From IMG/VR virus record IMGVR_UViG_3300011113_000642, positions 30,855 to 94,854 of that record: a stretch of DNA of 64,000 bases; one strand, given 5' to 3'. The stretch comes from a virus. A program made the position numbers and the translations under genes. This document shows, in pieces, positions 20,161-29,301 of this stretch; position 1 is the stretch's first letter, and every line of letters starts with the position of its first letter. The notes under the pieces were generated by a model. It was given only the letters and a program-made list of their open reading frames with translations, searched no databases and had not been told where the DNA came from.

Positions 20161-21075
20161 ATGAATAATTCATTAGTTATTGTGACGGGAATTTTAGGTC
20201 AAGATGGTCATTACTTAAATCATATTCTTTTAGAAAAAGGATTTGACATTATTGGTATTGACAAAGTTAAAAATCAAACACATAAAAATAAAAATTATAA
20301 TTTATTATTTGAGAATCTTACAAATTTAAATGTAGTAAACAATATTGTAAAAAAGTATAAACCTTATGCGGTTTTTAATTTAGCAGGATTTTCAAATGTT
20401 TTTGACCCGTGGGCAGACCATGATACTGTAGTAGAATCAACGAGCAGAATTCCAGAAAATTTTATTAGTGCAATACGCCATCACTCCCCAGAAACAAGAT
20501 TTTGTCAGGCATCATCTTGTTTAGTATTCGGAAATACTGACACGATAGTTCAAACAGAAAAAACCGCAAGAGCCCCATCATATCTTTATGGTGTATGTAA
20601 AAATTACATAGATACCCTAATACAAGAATCTAGAAAAGATTTAGGACTTCATTTTACTTCGGCTATATTTTATAATCACGAATCACCGTATAGAGGTGAT
20701 CAATTTTTTACAAAAAAAATAATAAATTTTGCAAAAACTTACAATAAACAAAATATATTACAATTAAAAAATTTAAATGTTCAAAAAGATATTGGTTTTG
20801 CGGGCGAGTATATGGAAGCTATGTTTAAAATAGCAACATCGTCAAAACCTGATGACTATATTGTTTCCACAAATAAACTTGTAGATTTAAATTTTATTAT
20901 TGATAAAATTTGTCAGCTATCTGGTCACAATCTTTGGGACAATATTACCGTAGATGATCGACATGGTAATAACAAAATATTATGTGGCGACAATTCTAAA
21001 ATTAAAACAGAACTAAACTGGTCACCGAAATATGACTGGGAATCGACAATAGAATTAATTTGGAACAATATATAA
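20161..21075 (+). CDS. Gmd-like SDR, probably an NDP-4-keto-sugar reductase
   Basis: GILGQDG, YGVCK, NHESPYRG; ASSCL in place of the dehydratase AS(T/S)SE motif. Confidence 0.7.
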   Translation: MNNSLVIVTGILGQDGHYLNHILLEKGFDIIGIDKVKNQTHKNKNYNLLFENLTNLNVVNNIVKKYKPYAVFNLAGFSNVFDPWADHDTVVESTSRIPENFISAIRHHSPETRFCQASSCLVFGNTDTIVQTEKTARAPSYLYGVCKNYIDTLIQESRKDLGLHFTSAIFYNHESPYRGDQFFTKKIINFAKTYNKQNILQLKNLNVQKDIGFAGEYMEAMFKIATSSKPDDYIVSTNKLVDLNFIIDKICQLSGHNLWDNITVDDRHGNNKILCGDNSKIKTELNWSPKYDWESTIELIWNNI

Positions 21076-21095
21076 TTTGTTTTTGATAAAATACG

Positions 21096-21104
21096 TGGTA
21101 TAAT
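21096..21104 (+). promoter_or_regulatory. extended -10 promoter inside the island
   Basis: TGG-TATAAT then AAGGA SD before ATG 21123. Confidence 0.55.
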
Positions 21105-21122
21105 TTAAACTTAAGGAAAAAT

Positions 21123-22352
21123 ATGAATAAAGAATTTAATTTACTCAGTCTTGATAGTCTTTATGTATCTGATTTTTTAAATGACAACGAAAAGCCGAGA
21201 GGTGGAAAATACTCATTAGACATTGTGCTAGATACCACAATTAATGCACCACGTTTAAAAACAGTGGCACCATCGGGTGTAATGTATGGCAAGTATTGGT
21301 ATCGTTCTGGTATCAATTCATCAATGAAAACCGAACTACAAAATATCGTAGAAACGATTAAATCACGATTTAAACTTGTAGAAAATGACATTTGGTTGGA
21401 TATTGCGTGCAATGACGGCACGCTTCTTTCTTTTGTCCCAAAGACTTGCATTCGTGTTGGTATCGATCCAGCTGACAATTCTTATGTCCAAGAATCAAAG
21501 CAATTTGCCAATGCAATTGTTCAAGATTATTTTTCTTTAAATGCTTGGCAAAAAACTCCTTTTGCAAAGCAAAAGGCAAAAGTCATCACTTCTATCGCGG
21601 TTTTTTATGATTTAGATGACCCAATGTCATTTGTAAATGACATAAAAAACGTCTTAGCAAAAGATGGTTTGTGGGTGTTACAACTAAGTTATACCCCACT
21701 TATGTTAAAGCAACTTGCTTTTGACAATATTTGCCATGAACACGTTTACTATTATTCAGTAGAAAATTTAAAAATTTTGTTTGAAAAATGTGGAATGAAA
21801 ATAGTAGACGTTGAATTAAATGATGTCAACGGAGGTTCATTTCGTGTCTTTGTTATGAACAAGGAAGGAAATAAATCAAAGTACGGGACAGCTCCTCTAA
21901 GAGACGTTGCTTCATATAGAATTGATTCACTTCTTCAATACGAAAAAACTTTAAATCTTTCTTCTATTAAAACATGGAATGATTTTAAACAAAAAATCGA
22001 TAATTTAAAAGATGAAGTAGTATCCTTTATCAAGGAAGCCAAAAAAAATGGCAAAACTGTTTGGGGATATGGCGCTTCTACCAAAGGAAACACATTATTG
22101 CAGTATTTTGGTTTAGATCATACTATGATTGATGCCATAGCCGAAAGAAGTCCCTATAAGTGGGGATTGAAGACCGTAGGAACAGGAATTCCAATCAAAT
22201 CTGAGGCAGATATGCGTCAAGCACACCCAGATTATCTACTTGTACTACCGTGGCACTTTATATCTGAATTTATTGAAAGAGAAAAAGACTACTTGGGCAA
22301 AGGTGGAAAGTTTATTGTTCCATGCCCTTCATTTAAAGTTATTGGACTATAA
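21123..22352 (+). CDS. NDP-hexose C-methyltransferase (TylCIII/TcaB9-like)
   Basis: YWYRSG, LDIACNDGTLL, FDNICHEHVYYYS, NGGSFR, GYGASTKGNTLLQY, PDYLLVLPWHF. Confidence 0.88.
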   Translation: MNKEFNLLSLDSLYVSDFLNDNEKPRGGKYSLDIVLDTTINAPRLKTVAPSGVMYGKYWYRSGINSSMKTELQNIVETIKSRFKLVENDIWLDIACNDGTLLSFVPKTCIRVGIDPADNSYVQESKQFANAIVQDYFSLNAWQKTPFAKQKAKVITSIAVFYDLDDPMSFVNDIKNVLAKDGLWVLQLSYTPLMLKQLAFDNICHEHVYYYSVENLKILFEKCGMKIVDVELNDVNGGSFRVFVMNKEGNKSKYGTAPLRDVASYRIDSLLQYEKTLNLSSIKTWNDFKQKIDNLKDEVVSFIKEAKKNGKTVWGYGASTKGNTLLQYFGLDHTMIDAIAERSPYKWGLKTVGTGIPIKSEADMRQAHPDYLLVLPWHFISEFIEREKDYLGKGGKFIVPCPSFKVIGL

Positions 22353-22354
22353 TT

Positions 22355-23344
22355 ATGACACAAAAAATTGCTTTAATTGCTGGTGTAAACGGACAAGACG
22401 GTTCCTATTTGAGCAAATTGCTTCTTGATAAGGGATATAGGGTTATCGGTTTGAAGAGAAGAACAAGCTCAATAACAACAGATCGCATAGATGATATTAT
22501 TTCTAATCCAAATTTTGTATTAAGATACTATGATCTTTTGGATGCGGCTTCTGCTTATAGTTTAATCTCTGAGTACAAACCAGATGAAGTATATAATCTA
22601 GCAGCACAGTCTCACGTAAAAGTATCTTATGAGTTACCTCACTATACAGTGGATACTATTGTGACTGGTACTTTAAACCTTTTAGAGGCTATCAAATTAC
22701 TAAAACCAAATACAAAATTTTATCAGGCATCTTCCTCCGAAATGTTTGGAGACAACCCAGTTATTCCTGACAAGGGATATAATGAAGATTCACAGTTGAT
22801 ACCAGTATCGCCTTATGCAGCAGCTAAGGTGTGTGCCCATCATCTTGTTCAAATTTATAGAAAATCATATAATTTACATGCATCATGTGGAATTCTTTTT
22901 AATCATGAATCACCTTATAGGGGTGAAACATTTGTAACTAAAAAAATTACCATGGCTGCCGCCAAGATAAAGCTAGGAATGCAAAAAAAACTTTATCTAG
23001 GAAATCTCTATAGCAAAAGAGATTGGGGGTTTACTGGTGACTACGTAAAAGCAATGTGGCTAATGCTACAGCAAGAAATTCCAGACGATTATGTTATAGC
23101 CTCTGGGACAACCCACACGATTGAAGAATTTTTAGTTCAAGTTTTTGATTATGCCGAGTTGGGCGATTATAAACAGTTTGTAGAAATTGATTTAAAATTA
23201 TTTAGACCTTCGGAAGTGCCCTACCTATTGGGCGATTCAACAAAGGCTAAAACCAAATTAAACTGGAACACCGATACGAATATGATTAAACTTGCACATA
23301 TGATGTATGACTTTGATTATAAAAGTTTTAGTCTTAAACAATGA
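22355..23344 (+). CDS. gmd: GDP-mannose 4,6-dehydratase
   Basis: GVNGQDGSYL, YNLAAQSHV, YQASSSEMFG, YAAAK, GILFNHESP.RGETFVT, RDWG. Confidence 0.95.
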   Translation: MTQKIALIAGVNGQDGSYLSKLLLDKGYRVIGLKRRTSSITTDRIDDIISNPNFVLRYYDLLDAASAYSLISEYKPDEVYNLAAQSHVKVSYELPHYTVDTIVTGTLNLLEAIKLLKPNTKFYQASSSEMFGDNPVIPDKGYNEDSQLIPVSPYAAAKVCAHHLVQIYRKSYNLHASCGILFNHESPYRGETFVTKKITMAAAKIKLGMQKKLYLGNLYSKRDWGFTGDYVKAMWLMLQQEIPDDYVIASGTTHTIEEFLVQVFDYAELGDYKQFVEIDLKLFRPSEVPYLLGDSTKAKTKLNWNTDTNMIKLAHMMYDFDYKSFSLKQ

Positions 23345-24303
23345 AAATTGCACTTATTGGCCCCGGAATAATGGAAATACCTCCCCCTAAATGGGGAGCT
23401 GTAGAAATGGTTATATGGGATAACTACAATATTTTAATGGAAGCTGGGTATCAAGTAGACATTATAAATACACCAAACCATCAAGCCATTGTAGATACGG
23501 TAAATAGAAATAACTATGATGTAATTCATTTACATTATGATGTTTTTTCTTATTTGATACCGTATTTTAAAGCTAAAGTAAAAATTTTGTCAAGCCATTA
23601 TCCTTTTATAGAAAAAAAGGAGCAATACCCCGCAGATGGTTATGATAAAATCGTAAATCATATTATCAACAATAAAGATTTTTATATTTTTGCTTCGTCA
23701 CAAAAAGACATAAACACATTTGTTTCGTATGGTGCAAATGAAGAAAAAACTTTTTTGTGTCGTTTAGGTGTAAAGCATGATTCTTATGATTACAATTTTA
23801 ATGCTTTATATGATAAAACTCTTTGTTTTTCTCAGATTGTAGATAGAAAAAGACAGTTTAAAATTCAAGATATAAATGGTATTGATTTTGTTGGGCGATT
23901 AGATGATTCAAAATTTGTAAATAAAAAAACTTATTTGGGTGAATTCGACAGAACCATTTTAAACAAAGAAATAACCAAATATACAAATTTTATTTTGTTA
24001 AGTAAAACAGAAAATACAACGCCTTTAGTTGTGAAAGAAGCGCTAATATGTGGACTTGGTTTAGTAGTTACTGAACCAGTTGCATACGAGCTCGATTTAT
24101 CCAAACCATTTATCTCAATAATACCAGAAGATAAAATTGATGATAAACAATATATTGCAAATACTGTAAATCAAAATAAAAACATCTCTATGAACATGAG
24201 AGATGAGATAAGAAATTATGGTATTACAAAGTTTGACATAAAAAATATTTTATTAAATGAATATATTCCAAAAATAAAAAAGTTAATGGAGACAGCTAAA
24301 TGA
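23341..24303 (+). CDS. GT4-like glycosyltransferase
   Basis: IPPPKWGAVE; E..PLVVKEAL (Ex7E). Confidence 0.82.
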   Translation: MKIALIGPGIMEIPPPKWGAVEMVIWDNYNILMEAGYQVDIINTPNHQAIVDTVNRNNYDVIHLHYDVFSYLIPYFKAKVKILSSHYPFIEKKEQYPADGYDKIVNHIINNKDFYIFASSQKDINTFVSYGANEEKTFLCRLGVKHDSYDYNFNALYDKTLCFSQIVDRKRQFKIQDINGIDFVGRLDDSKFVNKKTYLGEFDRTILNKEITKYTNFILLSKTENTTPLVVKEALICGLGLVVTEPVAYELDLSKPFISIIPEDKIDDKQYIANTVNQNKNISMNMRDEIRNYGITKFDIKNILLNEYIPKIKKLMETAK

Positions 24304-25100
24304 AATGCAAATATACATTTTTTTATGTAGTTGGGGGAAAAGATTTATATTATGAACAACTTCAAACATCAATAAAAAGTTTGCAAAGAATTAATTCACC
24401 ATTTAAAATTAAAATTTTAGATATTGGTAAAAAACTCAAGTCAGAAAACAACATGGAAGTTATACACACCGATGTCGATATAAAAGATAAACACGTGTTT
24501 TGGCAATACAAATATAACATATGCCAAACATTAGATACTGACCATGGTATCTATCTTGATTGTGATACTGTTGTGTGTTATAATATGTTGGAAAATTTAT
24601 TCAACAAAATAGGTTCTTCTTTTGGAGCAATTCCACATTTTTATGTTAAAAATTTTGAAAACTATTTAAATATTTTTAATACAACAAAAACAAAAGAGTA
24701 TTGCGAGCAACACAACCTATCTAAGGAACATGTCTTTAATACTGCTGGTGTTTTTTTATTTTCAAATAATAAAGCCTGCAAAAATATTTTAAAAGAAACG
24801 TTTGATTTGCACAACACAGTTTATTCTGAAAAAACATCATACCAAGAAGGTTTATATGATGAAACCTTTTTGTCTACAGTTTTAAAAAATTACCACTATA
24901 CCAAATTGAATGGATCTGCAAACCATTGTTCTGCCAATCTGATGCCTATTGAAATTCAAAATAATATATTGGTTGGAAAAAATCCATTTGATGATAATTA
25001 CGAGCCAATTTTTGTTTTACACGGTTCTTCTAAAAGACAAAAAGAGGCTCAAGATTTTACTGGAAATATAAAAGAAAAAATTATAGAGTTTTGGAGTTAA
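24300..25100 (+). CDS. GT8-like glycosyltransferase
   Basis: IYLDCD (DxD), FNTAGVFLF, DE motif. Confidence 0.65.
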   Translation: MKCKYTFFYVVGGKDLYYEQLQTSIKSLQRINSPFKIKILDIGKKLKSENNMEVIHTDVDIKDKHVFWQYKYNICQTLDTDHGIYLDCDTVVCYNMLENLFNKIGSSFGAIPHFYVKNFENYLNIFNTTKTKEYCEQHNLSKEHVFNTAGVFLFSNNKACKNILKETFDLHNTVYSEKTSYQEGLYDETFLSTVLKNYHYTKLNGSANHCSANLMPIEIQNNILVGKNPFDDNYEPIFVLHGSSKRQKEAQDFTGNIKEKIIEFWS

Positions 25101-25101
25101 T

Positions 25102-26070
25102 ATGAAAATTGCAATTGTTGGTCCTGGCTTAATGGAAATACCCCCTAAAAATTGGGGGGCGGTAGAATCATTAATATGGGATTATTATGAATATTTAAAA
25201 CAAAAAAATGTTTTGGTAGATATCATAAATCATCCAAACATGAATGAAGTCGCCAATCATCTCAATAATACAGAATATGATTTCATTCATGTTCAATATG
25301 ACGATCATGCTGGACCTTTAAGCCATCTATTAAAAAAGCCTTTTTGTACAACAATGCATTATGGTTATATAAAAGAACACTATCCAACCTATGGAGGTTG
25401 GAAACCAATTTTTGATGGTATTTTAAAAAGTCCGGGAATTTTTTCTTTATCACCAGAAATTACTAAATTAGTAAAAAGCTCTGGCTATTCTAGTTTTATT
25501 AGAACGTTGCGTAATGGAGCTAGAACTAAAGATTTTGCGTTTAAACACGAAGGAACAAAGAGCGCAGTCTGCCTTGGAAAAATTGAAAACAGAAAACAAC
25601 AAAGTTTTTTAGCAAGTAGATGTAAAAATAAATGTAACATAGATTTTGTGGGACCGATTGTAGACTCTTCCTTTAAAGAAAACAATACCTGCAAATATGG
25701 TGGTGTATGGAGCAAGCCAGATCTGTATCAAAAGATGACAGATTATAAATGTTTGGTTTTACTCAGTGATGGTGAAGCTGCACCTCTGGTTGTACCCGAA
25801 GCCCTTTCAGCTGGTTTAAGCATAGTTGTTTCGAAAACAGCAGCAGCTAATTTAGACACCTCCCTCCCCTTTATACATGTTATCGATAACCCGAAGCAAG
25901 AAAACATTGAACATATTATAAATGAAACTATAGAAAACAACTCTAAATATAGAAAACAAATAAGGCAGTATGCACTTGATGTTTTTGATTGGAATGTAGT
26001 GTGTAACGATTATATCAAATATGTGAAAGAATTTATAAATGAAACTAGCCTTTGCCACAATAGCAACTAA
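25102..26070 (+). CDS. GT4-like glycosyltransferase (paralogue of 23341..24303)
   Basis: IPPKNWGAVE; EAAPLVVPEALSAG. Confidence 0.82.
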   Translation: MKIAIVGPGLMEIPPKNWGAVESLIWDYYEYLKQKNVLVDIINHPNMNEVANHLNNTEYDFIHVQYDDHAGPLSHLLKKPFCTTMHYGYIKEHYPTYGGWKPIFDGILKSPGIFSLSPEITKLVKSSGYSSFIRTLRNGARTKDFAFKHEGTKSAVCLGKIENRKQQSFLASRCKNKCNIDFVGPIVDSSFKENNTCKYGGVWSKPDLYQKMTDYKCLVLLSDGEAAPLVVPEALSAGLSIVVSKTAAANLDTSLPFIHVIDNPKQENIEHIINETIENNSKYRKQIRQYALDVFDWNVVCNDYIKYVKEFINETSLCHNSN

Positions 26071-26749
26071 CAAGTACGCAGCGTATGCAAAAAATTTAAT
26101 TGAAACAATAGATCGGTATGCGTTTACAGGATCTAATGTTGAAGTTTGTGTAGTTATTTATACAAACAATGAAAAAAATTTTTTAAATTATACGCCAACA
26201 AACATAAAAATAAAAACGGTAAATATAACACATGTTCCGTTTCCTTTGATTTCTTTATTAAGGTATCACTACTACACCTCCGATGATTCTTTAAAAAATT
26301 ATGATTATGTTTATCACATTGATTGTGATATGTTGTTGCAAGACAATGTTGGTGAAGAAATTGTTGGAGATCGAGTTTGTGTGGAACACCCGGGTTTTTT
26401 CCAACAATTTAATAATTTAAATTTTCCATATGATAGAAATCCTGTTGCAAATGCCTATGTTAAAATGGGTTTAGGTACAAAGTATTATCAAAATTGTTTG
26501 CAGGGTGGTTCTGTTAATGAATTTTTTAACATGAGCGTAGAACTGCGAAATCGAATAGAAGAAGATTTAAGAAAAAACTATATTGCGCTGTGGCACGATG
26601 AGAGTTATATGAATAAGTATATGGTGGACAATCCTCCAACCTTAATTTTGCCAACAACATATGCTCAACCACAAGGCTGGCCATCATACGGGCCAACTAA
26701 AATTTTACATGTAGACAAAAATCATTTAGAGGTTAGAAAAACAAAATGA
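26039..26749 (+). CDS. GT6 (ABO/alpha-1,3-Gal(NAc) transferase family) glycosyltransferase
   Basis: IATNKY, DCD, HPG, YDRNP, WHDESYMNKY. Confidence 0.9.
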   Translation: MKLAFATIATNKYAAYAKNLIETIDRYAFTGSNVEVCVVIYTNNEKNFLNYTPTNIKIKTVNITHVPFPLISLLRYHYYTSDDSLKNYDYVYHIDCDMLLQDNVGEEIVGDRVCVEHPGFFQQFNNLNFPYDRNPVANAYVKMGLGTKYYQNCLQGGSVNEFFNMSVELRNRIEEDLRKNYIALWHDESYMNKYMVDNPPTLILPTTYAQPQGWPSYGPTKILHVDKNHLEVRKTK

Positions 26750-27642
26750 ATTATTTAATAACAGGTGGTGCCGGATTTATTGGATCAAATTTGGTCAATA
26801 AGTTGGTTGATGATGGACACATCGTGTCTGTCATAGACAATCTTTCTTCTGACGCACACGACTCATTTTATTTCAATAACAGTGCATCATATTATCTTTA
26901 CGATGTAAATGATCATGTAATGTGTTCTGATGTCTTTAACAGACATAATCCCGATTACGTCCTTCATCTCGCAGCTGAAGCAAGAATACAAAACTGTGTT
27001 GAAGACCCCACAAAGGCATACGAAACAAATCTAATTGGAACATTAAATATTTTGTCTTTGTGTAAAAAATATAATGTTAAAAGACTTGTTTTGTCTACAA
27101 CATCGGCAATATATGGATTAAAAAATACGGGCCCTTTAAACGAGGATATGCCCCCAGATTGTTTAAATGCATACTCACTGAGTAAGTACAATGCCGAACA
27201 AGCATGTAAACTTTATAGTTCTATGTATGGAGTAGATACTGTTGGATTGCGATATTTTAATGTCTATGGTCCAAACCAACCAAAAAAAGGACCTTATGCT
27301 CCAGTAATAGGGGTATTTACCAGACAAAAAAAAGCGAATCAAAACCTAACGGTTGTAGGTGATGGTGAACAAACTAGAGATTATGTCCACGTGTCTGATG
27401 TAGTCAAAGCTAATTTGTTGGCCGCAACACATAAAAAAAATTTATTTGGTGAAATTTTTAACGTTGGAACTGGTAAAAATTATTCTGTAAATTGGATTGC
27501 ATCAAAAATAGAGCCAAATTCAACCAAAATTACTCGCATACCACCAAGACAGGGCGAAGCGCGGGATACAATAGCAAATACCTCCAAGATTGAAAATATT
27601 TTAGGCTGGAAAGCAGATATCTCATTAGAAAACTGCATTTAA
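26746..27642 (+). CDS. NAD-dependent nucleotide-sugar 4-epimerase (GalE/WbpP-like)
   Basis: GGAGFIGS, YSLSK, LRYFNVYGP, GDGEQTRDYVHV. Confidence 0.88.
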   Translation: MNYLITGGAGFIGSNLVNKLVDDGHIVSVIDNLSSDAHDSFYFNNSASYYLYDVNDHVMCSDVFNRHNPDYVLHLAAEARIQNCVEDPTKAYETNLIGTLNILSLCKKYNVKRLVLSTTSAIYGLKNTGPLNEDMPPDCLNAYSLSKYNAEQACKLYSSMYGVDTVGLRYFNVYGPNQPKKGPYAPVIGVFTRQKKANQNLTVVGDGEQTRDYVHVSDVVKANLLAATHKKNLFGEIFNVGTGKNYSVNWIASKIEPNSTKITRIPPRQGEARDTIANTSKIENILGWKADISLENCI

Positions 27643-27647
27643 GCTAC

Positions 27648-27682
27648 TTGACAATATCTTTTTATTAGATTATAATAGCATT
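27648..27682 (+). promoter_or_regulatory. consensus sigma70 promoter, leaderless, for gp55
   Basis: TTGACA-N17-TATAAT-N6-GTG. Confidence 0.85.
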
Positions 27683-28258
27683 GTGAAAAAACCAAAGAAA
27701 AAGAAAAAGCCATCTGATGCAGATTATGTAAGTAATCAAGAGCTTTATGATGCTTTAGTAGAATATCGTAAAAAATGTGACGAAGCTGAAAATGCTGGGC
27801 GCAAACAACCAAAGTTACCAGATTTTATAGGCGAATGCATTTTAAAAATAGCAAGCAGGCTTTCATATAGACCCAACTTTGCCAATTATCCCTATAGAGA
27901 AGAAATGGTGTCAGATGCCGTTTTAAATTGCATAACATATATTGATAACTTTGATCCCAGCAAGTCTACAAGCCCATTTGGGTACTTAACGCAGATTTGC
28001 TGGTTTTCTTTTGTACGTATAATAAACAGAGAAAAGAAAGAAAAGTATACACAATATAGATTTGCAGAACAGCAAAATGATAAAGACTTTCATAATTGGT
28101 TTAATGAAACATATGCGGGCATTGATACAGGTAGACGAGATTTTTTTGGTTTAACAGATTCAGATATGGAAAGATTTGATACTCTGTTTAGCCCAAAGCC
28201 TAAAATTAAAGGCAAAAAGAAAAAGAAGAAAACTCGCAAAGACGTATTAGATATATGA
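27683..28258 (+). CDS. gp55: late-transcription sigma factor gp55
   Basis: YVSNQEL, IGECILKIA..LSYRPNFANY.YREEMVSDA, PFGYLTQI. Confidence 0.95.
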   Translation: MKKPKKKKKPSDADYVSNQELYDALVEYRKKCDEAENAGRKQPKLPDFIGECILKIASRLSYRPNFANYPYREEMVSDAVLNCITYIDNFDPSKSTSPFGYLTQICWFSFVRIINREKKEKYTQYRFAEQQNDKDFHNWFNETYAGIDTGRRDFFGLTDSDMERFDTLFSPKPKIKGKKKKKKTRKDVLDI

Positions 28259-29301
28259 AAGCAGTAATTTTAAACGATACCCACTTTGGGTATAAAGCCG
28301 ATTCTCCAATTGTATTGGAATATTTTTTATCGTTTTTTGAAGATCAGTTATTTCCATACTTACAAAAAAACGATATCAAAACTATATTTCATTTAGGAGA
28401 TATTTTTGATCGTAGAAAATACATAAACTTTAAAACTCTTTCCCAAGTACGTAAGAGATTTTTTGAGCCATTGCGAGATATGAATATTAAGTGTATTGCT
28501 ATTTGTGGAAATCACGATACATATTACAAAAACAATAATAAGGTAAACTCATTAGATGAATTGGTCTCACAATACTCTAATTGGGAAATTTATTCAGAAC
28601 CCACAGAAATCAAATTAAAAGACTGCTGTGTTGCTCTCGTTCCTTGGATTAATCCAGAAAATGAAGAAACCACGGCAAAATTTATATCAGAAACAACTTG
28701 CTCTTTACTTTTGGGGCATTTAGAATTATACGGCTTTCAAAGTATTAGAGGAATATTTGTGGAGCAGGGATATGAACCAAAACACTTTGATAAATTTGAA
28801 TATGTTCTTACTGGGCATTATCACATCAAGTCTAGTCGCGATAATATACATTACCTGGGAACGCAGTATGAGATGGCTTTCTCGGATGTCGAGGAAGAGA
28901 AGGGATTTCATGTATTCGACTTCAGTGAACGTACATTATCGTTTGTTACAAATACAAAAAAGCTTTTCTACACGTTTGATTATAACGAAGACGACCCGCA
29001 ATCCTTGGATTATACAGCATTTAAAGACTGTTATGTTAAAATATTTGTCAAGAAGCGTACTAAGGCTGCAGCTTTTGAAAAGTACCTTGACAAATTTTAT
29101 GAAGCGGGAGTGGCAGAGTTGGCAGTAACAGAAGAAGTAAATACAAATCCAGAACTAATCGCAGTCGATGTGCATAAAGATACACTTCAACTTTTACATG
29201 AAGAGTTGAGTCTAATTGAGGACAAGTCAATTAACAAAAATAAACTTGCCAAGATAGTGGATGAAGCGTATAATATGGCATTATCCAAGGATGAAGAGTG
29301 A
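28255..29301 (+). CDS. gp47: recombination endonuclease subunit gp47 (Mre11/SbcD-like)
   Basis: DTHFG, LGDIFDRRK, GNHD, GHYH. Confidence 0.95.
   Translation: MKAVILNDTHFGYKADSPIVLEYFLSFFEDQLFPYLQKNDIKTIFHLGDIFDRRKYINFKTLSQVRKRFFEPLRDMNIKCIAICGNHDTYYKNNNKVNSLDELVSQYSNWEIYSEPTEIKLKDCCVALVPWINPENEETTAKFISETTCSLLLGHLELYGFQSIRGIFVEQGYEPKHFDKFEYVLTGHYHIKSSRDNIHYLGTQYEMAFSDVEEEKGFHVFDFSERTLSFVTNTKKLFYTFDYNEDDPQSLDYTAFKDCYVKIFVKKRTKAAAFEKYLDKFYEAGVAELAVTEEVNTNPELIAVDVHKDTLQLLHEELSLIEDKSINKNKLAKIVDEAYNMALSKDEE

Noticed and set aside
15726-27642. Host chromosomal LPS locus (prophage boundary or chimera)
   Set aside because: Flanked on both sides by core T4-like genes with phage-style promoters; no integrase, att site or export genes. 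A chimera cannot be fully excluded without reads.
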